Source of the DNA: Nitrososphaeria archaeon
GTDB lineage: Archaea; Thermoproteota; Nitrososphaeria; JACIWG01
Length of the DNA: 64,000 nucleotides
NCBI GenBank assembly: GCA_050011875.1
Contig: JBEKIG010000015.1
Coordinates: 56,084 to 120,083 of the forward strand
Reading direction: 5' to 3'
Shown here: positions 49,657 through 59,318 of the stretch, piece by piece
Position numbering within the stretch: the stretch's first letter is position 1
How the letters are laid out: each line of letters opens with the position of its first letter
Program-made: the position numbers and the translations under genes
The notes under the pieces: generated by a model
Databases searched by the model: none
Told to the model about the DNA's origin: nothing
Seen by the model: the letters and a program-made list of their open reading frames with translations, nothing else

Positions 49657-49887
49657 TTGAAGACAAATCTTAAGCATATCATCATTAATAAATTGAACGC
49701 TAAAGGGGCTTTAACGGATAAGGAGCTAGTAGATAGTCTGAAGAAAGAGAATTTGGAGTTCTCGTTAAGAGAAATAAATGATGTATTACTTGACCTTGAA
49801 ATAAACGGATTAATTATAACAAAATGGATAGGAAAAGATAAAAAGAGAATAGAGAAAGTAAATTTGCGCGAAAAGGAAGAAAGGTAA
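49657..49887 (+). CDS. small winged-helix protein
   Basis: LLDLEINGLI; directly upstream of fen. Confidence 0.7.
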   Translation: MKTNLKHIIINKLNAKGALTDKELVDSLKKENLEFSLREINDVLLDLEINGLIITKWIGKDKKRIEKVNLREKEER

Positions 49888-50922
49888 ATGGGAGTTGATA
49901 TAAAGGATATTATTAGCCCTAAGAAGATATCGCTAAACGAATTAGGAGGAAAAATATTAGCAATTGACGCATACAATGCGTTATATCAATTTTTATCCAT
50001 AATTAGAGGCAGAACTGGGGAGCCTTTAAGAGACTCTAAGGAAAATGTGACAAGTCATCTAAGCGGATTATTTTACCGTACTATGAACTTGTTAACTTTA
50101 GGAATAAAACCTGTCTACATTTTTGATGGTGCACCACCCCAGATGAAGAGCTTAGAAATCAGTAGAAGAAGAGTGGTTAAGGAAGAAGCGAAGATCAAGT
50201 ACACGACAGCATTAGAAAGAGGCGAAATTGAGACAGCGAAAAAATACTCAAAAATGACATCTTATCTGACAGATGTAATGGTCAATGACGCAAAAAAACT
50301 TCTAGACCTTATAGGAATTCCTTGGGCTCAAGCACCATCAGAAGGAGAAGCAACTGCTTCATATTTTTCAACTATAGGCAAGGCTTACGCCGCAGTCTCG
50401 CAAGATTATGACGCCCTCCTTTTTGGAGGAAAGAGATTATGCCGAAACGTAACTATTTCAGGAAAAAGAAAGTTGCCGGGTAAAAACATATATCAAGAAA
50501 TAGAGCCGGAAGAGATATTGTTGGACGGGGTTTTAGGCAGTCTAAACATAACTCGAGAGCAGTTGGTTGATATAGGAATTCTTGTCGGAACCGACTTTGA
50601 TCCGGATGGATTCAGAGGCTATGGACCTGTGAAAGCTCTAAAGGCTATTAAGCAATATGGAAGCTTAGATAAGATACCGGATATAGAAAAAAACTTGAAG
50701 ACAATCGATTATAATACTATCCGAGAGATATTCTTGAAACCGAAGGTTCTAGAAGACTTTGATATATCTTTTAGGAGCTTAGACGAAGAAGGATTACTAA
50801 GCTTTTTATGTGACGTGCACGAATTTTCTGAAGAACGTATCTTGAATACGATAAAAAAATTAAAGGAGACTGAAGCTGAAAAGAAAGAGAAGGACTTCTC
50901 TTTAGATCGGTGGTTTCAATGA
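49888..50922 (+). CDS. fen: flap endonuclease-1
   Basis: MGV, IDAYNALYQFL, APSEGEA, SQDYD, GTDF, PIP-like SLDRWF. Confidence 0.97.
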   Translation: MGVDIKDIISPKKISLNELGGKILAIDAYNALYQFLSIIRGRTGEPLRDSKENVTSHLSGLFYRTMNLLTLGIKPVYIFDGAPPQMKSLEISRRRVVKEEAKIKYTTALERGEIETAKKYSKMTSYLTDVMVNDAKKLLDLIGIPWAQAPSEGEATASYFSTIGKAYAAVSQDYDALLFGGKRLCRNVTISGKRKLPGKNIYQEIEPEEILLDGVLGSLNITREQLVDIGILVGTDFDPDGFRGYGPVKALKAIKQYGSLDKIPDIEKNLKTIDYNTIREIFLKPKVLEDFDISFRSLDEEGLLSFLCDVHEFSEERILNTIKKLKETEAEKKEKDFSLDRWFQ

Positions 50923-51620
50923 TCAGAACCCTTGAGGAACAGAGAAAGATACTGGTTAAAGGATTAAAAGATGATAATATTATTAAAAGTAAGGAAGTTG
51001 AATCCGCCTTTCTAAATGTGCCCAGAGAAACTTTTGTCTGGCCAAACATGATTGATAAGGCCTACTTTGATGTACCTTTACCTTTAGGCAATACCGGTCA
51101 AACCATATCTGCACCGCACATGATCGCTATTATGTTAGAGGAACTCGATCTAATGAAAGGGAAAAGCGTACTTGAAATTGGGACCGGAAGTGGTTTTAAC
51201 GCAACCTTGATGGCATATATTGTAAGTGATGGAAAAAAAGATTTAACAGGTAAAGTGATTACCGTAGAAAGAATTCCTAGTCTTGTCAGCTTCGCTAAAA
51301 GTAACATCGATAAGGCCGGCTACTCAGACTATGTTCAGGTTGCGAGAGGAGATGGTAGTTTAGGATACCCACCTAAAGACGAGGGAGAACTCTACGATAA
51401 GATAACGATTACAGCGGCTTCACCAAGATTTCCAAAAGCTCTTGTTAAACAACTAAAAGTCGGAGGAGTCATCCTAGCGCCGATTGGTGGAGTATTATTT
51501 CAAACACTGATCAAAGGAAGAAAGTTGGTAGATGGTGGACTAAAGATAGAAAAAAAGACTGAATGCGTCTTTGTTCCCCTAATAGGAGAGGACGGATACC
51601 CAATTAACGGGGTATCATAG
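50919..51620 (+). CDS. pcm: protein-L-isoaspartate O-methyltransferase
   Basis: GQTISAPHM, VLEIGTGSG, CVFVPLIG; ATGA overlap with fen. Confidence 0.95.
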   Translation: MIRTLEEQRKILVKGLKDDNIIKSKEVESAFLNVPRETFVWPNMIDKAYFDVPLPLGNTGQTISAPHMIAIMLEELDLMKGKSVLEIGTGSGFNATLMAYIVSDGKKDLTGKVITVERIPSLVSFAKSNIDKAGYSDYVQVARGDGSLGYPPKDEGELYDKITITAASPRFPKALVKQLKVGGVILAPIGGVLFQTLIKGRKLVDGGLKIEKKTECVFVPLIGEDGYPINGVS

Positions 51621-52086
51621 CTTCCAAAATAATAACCCCGCTCCTATCCCTTCTTTTCAACTCATTAATCATGGATCTTGGAAGATCGTAGGCCGATGAC
51701 GATGCTCTTATGGCAAGAGTGCGTGGGCAGATAAAATTACTGGTTCTAATGACCATACTTTTATTGTCCAATAAAGTCAACTGTTTAGAGCCACGTGCAG
51801 AAATCTTGAAAAAACGTTCTTTAATCATTAAAGTCAATGTGAATTTAGCGTCATCGTTTTTCAACATCTTCTTGAGTAAAGGATCCAAGTCGTAACACGA
51901 TTTAGAAGCGTTAATTCCAATAATACAATCTCCTTTAGGTCCAAGGAAATCCTCTGTAGTTATTTCAAAGGTAGACCTATGCGTCCCTTTTATCAACTCA
52001 TGCCCGTAGAAGACAACAACATCTCTAGCGACTAACACGTAAAGGATTACTCTTGACTCGATATAAGAGTAGTTCCAGTAAAGCAA
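51604..52086 (-). CDS. DUF371 family protein
   Basis: GHELIKGTHRSTFEIT, GDCIIG, MVIRTSNF; true start probably about 15 codons downstream. Confidence 0.88.
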   Translation of the reverse strand: MLYWNYSYIESRVILYVLVARDVVVFYGHELIKGTHRSTFEITTEDFLGPKGDCIIGINASKSCYDLDPLLKKMLKNDDAKFTLTLMIKERFFKISARGSKQLTLLDNKSMVIRTSNFICPRTLAIRASSSAYDLPRSMINELKRRDRSGVIILEAMIPR

Positions 52087-52087
52087 G

Positions 52088-52161
52088 CGGGCCTGGTGGG
52101 AGTTGAACCCACGACTTACTGGTTAAGAGCCAGCCGCTCTGCCTGGCTGAGCCACAGGCCC
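52088..52161 (-). tRNA. tRNA-Lys(CTT)
   Basis: Cloverleaf; anticodon loop CT-CTT-AA. Confidence 0.93.
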
Positions 52162-52273
52162 AATCCATCTAAACCATTTTTGGTGCCTTTTGGACGTTTT
52201 TAACTTTTTACTCAGAACCAACTTTTTTATAAAGATTAAAAGAAGTGTCGACGACGATAAAGGGGTTAATGAC

Positions 52274-53326
52274 ATGTTCGCGCTTGTTGGACTTGGAGTC
52301 AACGGAATTAATTCAATAAATTTGCACGGAATGGATGTCCTTAAAAAAAGCGATTTAATATATCTTGATGGATACACTACACCAATTCCCGCTAACTTTG
52401 TCAAGGCTTTAAGTTTGCAGATTGGTAAAGAAGTTACTGTTCTCAAGAGAGCTGAGCTCGAGGATAAAATAGATAGTATTTTGAACAGAGCCAAAACAAT
52501 GAACATCAGCCTAGCGGTCCTTGGGGACCCACTCCTAGCGACAACTCATATGAATTTCGTTGTTGAATCAAAGAAAAGTGGCGTTCTTTACACAGTTGTT
52601 CATAACACTTCTATAGTTTCACTTTTAACTAGCTGCTGTGGCCTCCATCCATACAAATTTGGGCGGGTTGCGACTATCATACGGGAAAGCGGTACGCCTG
52701 CGACTTCCGTATACTTTACGTTATATGATAACTTAATAAAAGGAATGCATAGTATCTTCTTGCTAGAATTTAACACAGAAAGTGGGGAGGGTGTTTCACC
52801 CACGTCTGCATTCAAAATATTAGAAAATGCCGAAAAAGTTTACAAGCTTGGCGCATTCTCGGAGGACACATTTTTGATTGTGGCGTGCAGGATTGAAAGA
52901 GATGACCAGAAATTTTATGCAGGAGTAGTATCAGAATTAGAAGGAATCGATTTTGGAGATCCACCTTACTCTATCGTAATTCCATCAAAGTTACATTTCA
53001 CTGAAGAAGAAACCATACAGGTTCTTTACAATATAGAGAAGGACAAAGTTAAAGATAATACCAAGAATATGAAAAAAAGGGTGGAATACTTAGTAAATAA
53101 GTACGTTAACAAGACAAGAGACACATTGAAAGAGGCTAAAGATAAGATATCACACGGAAAAAGTAAAGATCTTGACGAGCTTTTTGAAAATGTTGAATGC
53201 TACTTAGACGACTCGATCAGATTTTTAAATTCAGGAGAGGAACATCTTGCTATGCTAAGTGTTGGCTATGCTGAAGGACTTTTAGACTCTTTAAGATTCC
53301 AGAAAATTCTTGACCTAAAATGGTGA
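52274..53326 (+). CDS. dph5: diphthine synthase Dph5 fused to C-terminal DUF357
   Basis: VGLG, GDPLLATTH, YKFGR, LHFTE; tail CYLDDS...SVGYAEGLLDSLR. Confidence 0.92.
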   Translation: MFALVGLGVNGINSINLHGMDVLKKSDLIYLDGYTTPIPANFVKALSLQIGKEVTVLKRAELEDKIDSILNRAKTMNISLAVLGDPLLATTHMNFVVESKKSGVLYTVVHNTSIVSLLTSCCGLHPYKFGRVATIIRESGTPATSVYFTLYDNLIKGMHSIFLLEFNTESGEGVSPTSAFKILENAEKVYKLGAFSEDTFLIVACRIERDDQKFYAGVVSELEGIDFGDPPYSIVIPSKLHFTEEETIQVLYNIEKDKVKDNTKNMKKRVEYLVNKYVNKTRDTLKEAKDKISHGKSKDLDELFENVECYLDDSIRFLNSGEEHLAMLSVGYAEGLLDSLRFQKILDLKW

Positions 53327-53332
53327 AAATTT

Positions 53333-53962
53333 ATGTTAAACCCCAAAATAGAAAAGGAATTCATAAAAAATATTCTTGTAGAAAAACTGAAAAACCCCAA
53401 AATTTCCTATAACAAAATTATAGAATCTTTTTCACCCTTCCTCGAAGAAAACAGGAAGGTCGCAGAACAACTTATCAAAAAAGGTAAAATTAAAACAACT
53501 AGTAAACAGGTTACAGTCACAGAAAGTGGGAGAAAATCTGTCAAAGTTGTTCTATGCGGTGGTACCTTCGACATAATACATCCCGGACATCTGTTAACTT
53601 TGGAAATGGCAAAAAGTTTAGGAGACATCTTAGTAGTTATAGTAGCAACAGACGAGATAGCGGAAAAAAATAGAGGAAAGAAGACGTATAATAACGAAGA
53701 AAAAAGACTTGAACTGGTCAATTCGTTAAGAATAGTGGATTTCGCGATGATCGGGGAAAAAGGTAACATATATAATACCCTCATTAAAATCAACCCCGAT
53801 ATCGTCGCATTAGGATATGATCAAATACACAACGAGAAGGAGATCAAAGAATTCGCTAAATCCAAAGGGAAGAAAATTAAAGTCATTCGATTCACTAAAA
53901 GTATAGGAGGAATAAAAAGTTCGTCCCTCCTCAAAGACGATAACTTAATCAATGAGACATAG
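53333..53962 (+). CDS. ribL: FAD synthase RibL with N-terminal wHTH-like extension
   Basis: GGTFDIIHPGH, PDIVALGYDQ; about 65 extra N-terminal residues. Confidence 0.85.
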   Translation: MLNPKIEKEFIKNILVEKLKNPKISYNKIIESFSPFLEENRKVAEQLIKKGKIKTTSKQVTVTESGRKSVKVVLCGGTFDIIHPGHLLTLEMAKSLGDILVVIVATDEIAEKNRGKKTYNNEEKRLELVNSLRIVDFAMIGEKGNIYNTLIKINPDIVALGYDQIHNEKEIKEFAKSKGKKIKVIRFTKSIGGIKSSSLLKDDNLINET

Positions 53963-54668
53963 AACGTATACTTTTTTCCGAGAAGTATACCTTAAGGCGA
54001 ACTCTGTCACCATCTTTGAGCTTTAATCGTTCTCTAAGATTCATTGGAGCAATGAATTCTAGGACGGATTCGTCATAGAGGGTCCTTCTTGTCATAACTA
54101 TTGCACCTTCTACGCTGTCGTTCAAAATTGCTGGAAAACATTTTGCACCACCGTACGTTCTGTATCCATCTTGGAAACCTTCCAATGGTATACCAGTGTA
54201 ATATTCGAGTTCCTTCTTTTGCCGTCTTTCCAAAGTTGATGTTAGACGAATATTCAGTGTACCAGGGTAGGGGTTGAATCCAAGTTTCTCGATAAATTGA
54301 CTATTGTAACCCTTAATCGTAACATAGTACGAACCTTCACCCATTCCAGAGAAGACTTCTCCGTTGAATTCTATAACATTTGGAACTTCTTCAAAGATTT
54401 CTCTCAGAGTGGAGTAAAGGCTTAGCAAAACGGAGTTTCCATTTACTGTAAGCTTAATACAGGACCTTCTTTTTTTATGGGTAACTTCGATGAGACCAAG
54501 TTTTTCTAACTCTAAAATATGAGTTGAGACAGCTTGTTGCGATTTTCCTAAACGTTTACTTAATTCTATCGAAGATATTTCGATAGAATTATTCTTAGCA
54601 CCTATGCATAGTAATTCTAGGAGCGTGGGAAGCAATGATGATTTTATGTCCCTAAATGACAACGACAT
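53949..54668 (-). CDS. ribK: CTP-dependent riboflavin kinase with N-terminal wHTH (RbkR-type)
   Basis: SQQAVS helix-turn-helix, SGMGEGSYY, PYPGTLN, LKLKDGD. Confidence 0.93.
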   Translation of the reverse strand: MSLSFRDIKSSLLPTLLELLCIGAKNNSIEISSIELSKRLGKSQQAVSTHILELEKLGLIEVTHKKRRSCIKLTVNGNSVLLSLYSTLREIFEEVPNVIEFNGEVFSGMGEGSYYVTIKGYNSQFIEKLGFNPYPGTLNIRLTSTLERRQKKELEYYTGIPLEGFQDGYRTYGGAKCFPAILNDSVEGAIVMTRRTLYDESVLEFIAPMNLRERLKLKDGDRVRLKVYFSEKSIRSMSH

Positions 54669-54695
54669 AATTTTACCCAGATGGTATTCGAAGAT

Positions 54696-55352
54696 TTAAG
54701 AATTAAGTGTTTTTGATAGCAAATGAGCTTCTTGGATCAAATCTGTTCCTTGCGCTAAAAGATTAGTAACTATTTCTACTGCCTTCTCGAGCTTCATTTT
54801 ATACCCTACGCTAACATAATATCTTCTATTGAGATTGGGAGCAAAGATCATCTGCCCAAGAACCTTGTTTTCGTAGACTACTTCTGAAACATTCTGTTTA
54901 ATATTCGAAACTTGTCCAACATAAAGAGTCTTTGCTACACCTAAAGTTGGCTTATCAAAAAAAACACCTACGTAAACAGCTAAACCGCTTCTTCTGGGAT
55001 GTAGACGGCCATGACCCTCAACTAAAATAAGATCAGCTCTTGAATGCACTTTCTTTAACACTGAAACAATAGGTGGAAGTTCTCTAGCAAAAAAGTAACC
55101 TGGAACGTAAGGAAGGGGATTTTGTGAAATAATTGTCTCCTTTTCAACTATTCTCCTAGAGATACAATCATATAATACCGCAGCAGCTATCGCTGATCGC
55201 CTTCCTTTTGTTTCATGATATGCTACATCGCATGCACAAATATACCTGTAAGCTTTTTGGTCAGCAAATTTAGGAAATCGTATTTTCGAAATTATATCAT
55301 GAAGTTTATCTATTTCCTTTATTTTACCATACGAAATTAGGGACAAAGACAC
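54696..55352 (-). CDS. nfi: endonuclease V
   Basis: CDVAY, PYVPGYFFARE, EGHGRLHPRRSGLA, GVAK, YVSVG. Confidence 0.9.
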   Translation of the reverse strand: MSLSLISYGKIKEIDKLHDIISKIRFPKFADQKAYRYICACDVAYHETKGRRSAIAAAVLYDCISRRIVEKETIISQNPLPYVPGYFFARELPPIVSVLKKVHSRADLILVEGHGRLHPRRSGLAVYVGVFFDKPTLGVAKTLYVGQVSNIKQNVSEVVYENKVLGQMIFAPNLNRRYYVSVGYKMKLEKAVEIVTNLLAQGTDLIQEAHLLSKTLNS

Positions 55353-55354
55353 AA

Positions 55355-55939
55355 TCAGATCTTCAAAGTCTTCATTTTTGTTATATCTATATAGGTTTCT
55401 TCGATCAGCCTTCTAGCCAAATCAATCTTACGCCTTAGAGATGGAACAACGTTATCGAAGTAGGAAAATGGGGAGATATTCTCAAAGATAGTCTTCATTG
55501 AATCGAAGAAAAAAACCGCTTTATCATAATTTTGTTCATTCACCTTGTCGTAAACAGAACGCCTTAGTTCGCCTATACAGTCAAGTAAGCCTAGTAAGTA
55601 AGCTTCTATTTCAGAGTCAAGTTCCTTTTGGGAAGGAATACGTGATTCCCCTAAAACTGTTAGGAAAACGGTTGCCTCAATATACTCGATCTGTGCAGGA
55701 AGAAGATATTTTAGCCACCTTACATCAGCCTTTAACCTTAATTCGTATAATTTTCTTTTAAGCTCTTCAAGTATTTGTTTGGCTTCATCTATCCTACCTT
55801 CATGCAGAAAGGTGAAGACTTTTGGAAAGGAGACGAGTACCGATCTGCTTTCTTTATATATGAACTCTCTTTCTGAGTCCAAGGACTCGAGCTTTTTTAA
55901 CAGCTCTCCATAATCTATATCATTTTGTATCGACTCCAA
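55355..55939 (-). CDS. translin family protein
   Basis: QIEYIEA, YLLGLLDCIGELRR, LRRKIDLAR. Confidence 0.88.
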   Translation of the reverse strand: MESIQNDIDYGELLKKLESLDSEREFIYKESRSVLVSFPKVFTFLHEGRIDEAKQILEELKRKLYELRLKADVRWLKYLLPAQIEYIEATVFLTVLGESRIPSQKELDSEIEAYLLGLLDCIGELRRSVYDKVNEQNYDKAVFFFDSMKTIFENISPFSYFDNVVPSLRRKIDLARRLIEETYIDITKMKTLKI

Positions 55940-55970
55940 AGGCTATCACTATTTGCTCTAAATGGAACAA

Positions 55971-56951
55971 TCAGTTAAACCTTTGCGGCGACGACAATTT
56001 CTTGGAAAGCAATACGACACGACTATCCTTCGACTCTCCAACTATCTTATAACCTGTCAACGAAGATAAAATGATAGCAAATGATCTTACATCCTCGTGC
56101 GATGGCATGTTTTCCTTCTGCAACCGATAAATTGAGTATCCAACATTCATGTAACCTTTAGTCTCCACATACAGGGGCTCATACCTGTTGATTATCTCAG
56201 CGAAAGCTTTAGGCGTCCCCATATTCAGCCCTTTTATTGAAGTTATTCGTAAAACCACGGGACATTCTAATGAGCTAATTAGTTCAAGTGACTTGAACAC
56301 AGAATCCCACAAAGACGCTAGCATAGGGCGGTTAAGTTTACTGAATGATTCACGGTCATAAGCAGTTAATGAAATATAGATTTGAGTAGGCAAAGAAGAT
56401 AGATTACATAAAGAATTAGGTAAAGTTCCATTTGTTACCAAAAAGACTGTAAAACCATTTTTCTTGTAGATTTGTATCAACTCGCTTAACCTAGGATAGA
56501 TTGTTGGTTCACCCGTAAGAGATATCGCCACCTGGGAGGGGTTCAGCGCTTCTTGATATTTTTTTGCAGGCACCTTCCCCTTTAGAACAAGCGATTTATA
56601 GCCGGAAAGTATCCTCCTCTGAGCTAAAATAGATTCTTCATAGATTTTTTCAGGCTCGTCCCAACCTTTCTTAGGAGGCGAAAGCTCATCCCACAATAGA
56701 CCTATATCTTCTGGCATAACACGCCAACAATGTAGACATCTTAGATTGCAGTGGAAAATGGAGGGAGACATCTGCAGACAGCGATGGGAGCTTATCCCAA
56801 AAAATTTTTCTTTGTAACAAACTCTGTTAGAGACTAGGCTTTTATGGAGCCAACTACATTTTTTTACGGCAGAGTGGGAACCTGCTAAATGATAATGTTG
56901 TTTCTTTAGAGTTTGAGATAGTTGTGTAGGATAAGAACCCATATTCATCAT
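55971..56951 (-). CDS. taw1: 4-demethylwyosine synthase Taw1 (radical SAM)
   Basis: HSAVKKCSW, CYKEKFFGISSHRC, CNLRCLHCWR, ISLTGEPT. Confidence 0.96.
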   Translation of the reverse strand: MMNMGSYPTQLSQTLKKQHYHLAGSHSAVKKCSWLHKSLVSNRVCYKEKFFGISSHRCLQMSPSIFHCNLRCLHCWRVMPEDIGLLWDELSPPKKGWDEPEKIYEESILAQRRILSGYKSLVLKGKVPAKKYQEALNPSQVAISLTGEPTIYPRLSELIQIYKKNGFTVFLVTNGTLPNSLCNLSSLPTQIYISLTAYDRESFSKLNRPMLASLWDSVFKSLELISSLECPVVLRITSIKGLNMGTPKAFAEIINRYEPLYVETKGYMNVGYSIYRLQKENMPSHEDVRSFAIILSSLTGYKIVGESKDSRVVLLSKKLSSPQRFN

Positions 56952-56970
56952 TATAACAAGGACGAGGAGA

Positions 56971-57585
56971 TTATAACTTAATTTCTTCTTGTCTAGTTTC
57001 GTTCGACTTAATTATCAGCAGGTCTATTCCATCCCCGCTTGCAGCATCTCTTAGCATAGCTGATTTCAAAGATTTAACCGTAAGTTTTACCGCTGACTCT
57101 TCATCCATATCTTTCTTATACTCACTTTCTATAACACCGATTGCGATTTCCGTACCAGAACCTACGGCGGCGTATTCATCAGGTATAATTGAACCCAATG
57201 GGTCAAGAACATAAACTGATGGAACACCATCAACACCACCCACTATTACCTGAGTAAGAAGCGGATAAAGTCTCTCATTGAACATTATCGCAGACATAAA
57301 TTTTGCTACAGAGTTTGGAGGAACAGGTCTTCTAATTTCAAGTTCTCTTATCTTTGCTTCAGCTTCAACACGTTTAATCAGGGTCTGCATATCGGAGATC
57401 ATTCCTGCACATGCAGCACCGACATTATTATTAATCATAAACACTTTTTTAGAGTTTCTGCTCATTATGAAGTTGCCATAAGCAAATCGTTTGTCAGCAC
57501 CCAAAATCACGCCGTCTTTGAACACTATTCCTACAGCTGTTGCACCCGGAATATACAATCTATTCACCTTTCCTAACCAATCCAC
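56971..57585 (-). CDS. psmB: proteasome subunit beta (second paralog, Thr1 replaced by Ala)
   Basis: PGATAVGI, GSG, RDAASGDG. Confidence 0.92.
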   Translation of the reverse strand: MDWLGKVNRLYIPGATAVGIVFKDGVILGADKRFAYGNFIMSRNSKKVFMINNNVGAACAGMISDMQTLIKRVEAEAKIRELEIRRPVPPNSVAKFMSAIMFNERLYPLLTQVIVGGVDGVPSVYVLDPLGSIIPDEYAAVGSGTEIAIGVIESEYKKDMDEESAVKLTVKSLKSAMLRDAASGDGIDLLIIKSNETRQEEIKL

Positions 57586-57620
57586 TATTAATAGGTTAAT
57601 TTAGATGTTTCTATAGTTAC

Positions 57621-58661
57621 TCATGTATTTGACAAAATGTCCAACACTACGCTACCGTCCTTTTGTTTTATAAGAGAGTATTCCCTTCTAATGAAGAGTG
57701 ATGAAACAAACAGATTTGTTTCTAGGTGCCGAGTGATCCTTGATATCTTGACCTTGGAAGCATAAGGGGAAAGGAAAAGATAAGGAATGACCATATCGCT
57801 TAAGTACATGTCTACGTCTGGGGAGGATGAAAATTCATTTAAAAACGAAAGTGCTGCCTCTTCACCGACTTTTTCAGCAGGTTTACCCTTTTCACCAATC
57901 GAGTCAGAGCCGATAAAAGGACCGAATTCTCCCGTTGAATAAACTAAAACAGATGTTCCTGGCGAAAGAGCTGTTTCATCTGCTACAAATGTCTTGGTGT
58001 TTAAATGAAGATCCGACTTCTGCAGTACGCTTAATGCTGCTGAAGCTTGTCGTTCAGCAACGTTCTTAGGCAGATTTGAGCAAACACTTCTTACAACTAC
58101 TTCCTTACTGATTTTATTAAATTTTAGGGCTTTGGGAAATGAGACGTTCTCCACTTCAAAAACGACTCGACCTCCGCCTCTAGGGTAATATCCACGTCTC
58201 CTAATTTCCATATACAACTTTATCCCAATAATTTTCAAGAAAGGAGAAAAGATATATTTAATGTAATCTACTGTGGGACTCCATTTAACATCTGTTCCAC
58301 CAACAAGTTCAATCGGATATCGTAACCTTGATGTTACGAGAGAGGGAATTAAAGTCTGCAAAACAAGAGGAATACTTCCAGCCGTACCAATGTCGATGCT
58401 TGATATTTTATTGGAAACTTTCTGTGGTTCAAAAAAGATCAATTCAGAAGAAAGTTTTAAACCTGTAATTTCAGCATCAGAAATAGCGGCAGCAGCCTTT
58501 AATGCCATATAGTGTTGTGGCTGAATTCCAGGATTTGGCCGCTTACTTCGGATATTATAAATATTTACAGCAGTATTTGTTGCCATAGACAAAGATATCG
58601 ATGTTCTGAGTATCTGTCCTCCACCTTCTCCTATCGAACCATCAATTTTTATTATGGGCAT
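57621..58661 (-). CDS. rtcA: RNA 3'-terminal phosphate cyclase
   Basis: DGSIGEGGGQILR, GGTDV, RRGYYPRGGG, HLETN. Confidence 0.95.
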   Translation of the reverse strand: MPIIKIDGSIGEGGGQILRTSISLSMATNTAVNIYNIRSKRPNPGIQPQHYMALKAAAAISDAEITGLKLSSELIFFEPQKVSNKISSIDIGTAGSIPLVLQTLIPSLVTSRLRYPIELVGGTDVKWSPTVDYIKYIFSPFLKIIGIKLYMEIRRRGYYPRGGGRVVFEVENVSFPKALKFNKISKEVVVRSVCSNLPKNVAERQASAALSVLQKSDLHLNTKTFVADETALSPGTSVLVYSTGEFGPFIGSDSIGEKGKPAEKVGEEAALSFLNEFSSSPDVDMYLSDMVIPYLFLSPYASKVKISRITRHLETNLFVSSLFIRREYSLIKQKDGSVVLDILSNT

Positions 58662-58743
58662 ATGCCTTTTTTTGATACTAGCCGATTGAATTAAACCTTT
58701 AAGCTCAAAAGACTTTAATCAGTCCCATAAGGAAACAGAATAG

Positions 58744-59262
58744 ATGAAGAAGTACCAGCATGGTTTGTTTATCGGAAGATTTCAGCCGTTACATAATGGG
58801 CACGTATTTGCTATCGAATATGCTTTGAATAAAAGCGAATTTCTGTACATAGGTATAGGCAGTTCCGATAAAAGCCATGAAGAAAGAAATCCTTTCACAG
58901 CTGCTGAGAGGATAGTTATGATAAAGGCAACGTTAGATGAAATGAAGATTAACCCTAGAACGTGGATGATTATTCCGATACCTGACACGACTTCCCATTA
59001 TTTGTGGACAAAAATGGTAAAGATGTTAATCCCTAAATTTGATGCCGTATTCTCGAATGACGAGCTTACATTAAGACTCTTCGCAGAGGAAGGAGTTACA
59101 ACAATAGAGGTGCCATTGCAAGAAAGAGAAAATCTGGCAGCTACTGAGATTAGAAATAAAATTTTAATCGGACAACCATGGGAAGATCTTGTACCCAAAA
59201 CGGTGTCGAAACTTGTTAAGAAAATTGGCGGCGAAGAGAGAATAAGAAAAATAAATAGGTAA
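58744..59262 (+). CDS. nadM: nicotinamide-nucleotide adenylyltransferase
   Basis: IGRFQPLHNGH, RNPFTAAER, ATEIR, WEDLVP. Confidence 0.94.
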   Translation: MKKYQHGLFIGRFQPLHNGHVFAIEYALNKSEFLYIGIGSSDKSHEERNPFTAAERIVMIKATLDEMKINPRTWMIIPIPDTTSHYLWTKMVKMLIPKFDAVFSNDELTLRLFAEEGVTTIEVPLQERENLAATEIRNKILIGQPWEDLVPKTVSKLVKKIGGEERIRKINR

Positions 59263-59318
59263 ACAAAAAAAATAAAATGTATAAATCTTATTAACTTGAT
59301 GGACAGGGGATTGGCTAT

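Noticed and set aside
1030-59198. Many 60-180 aa ORFs antisense to or nested in identified genes (e.g. 12882, 17018, 23159, 37723, 49596, 53407)
   Set aside because: Shadow ORFs with no recognisable motifs, overlapping well-supported genes.
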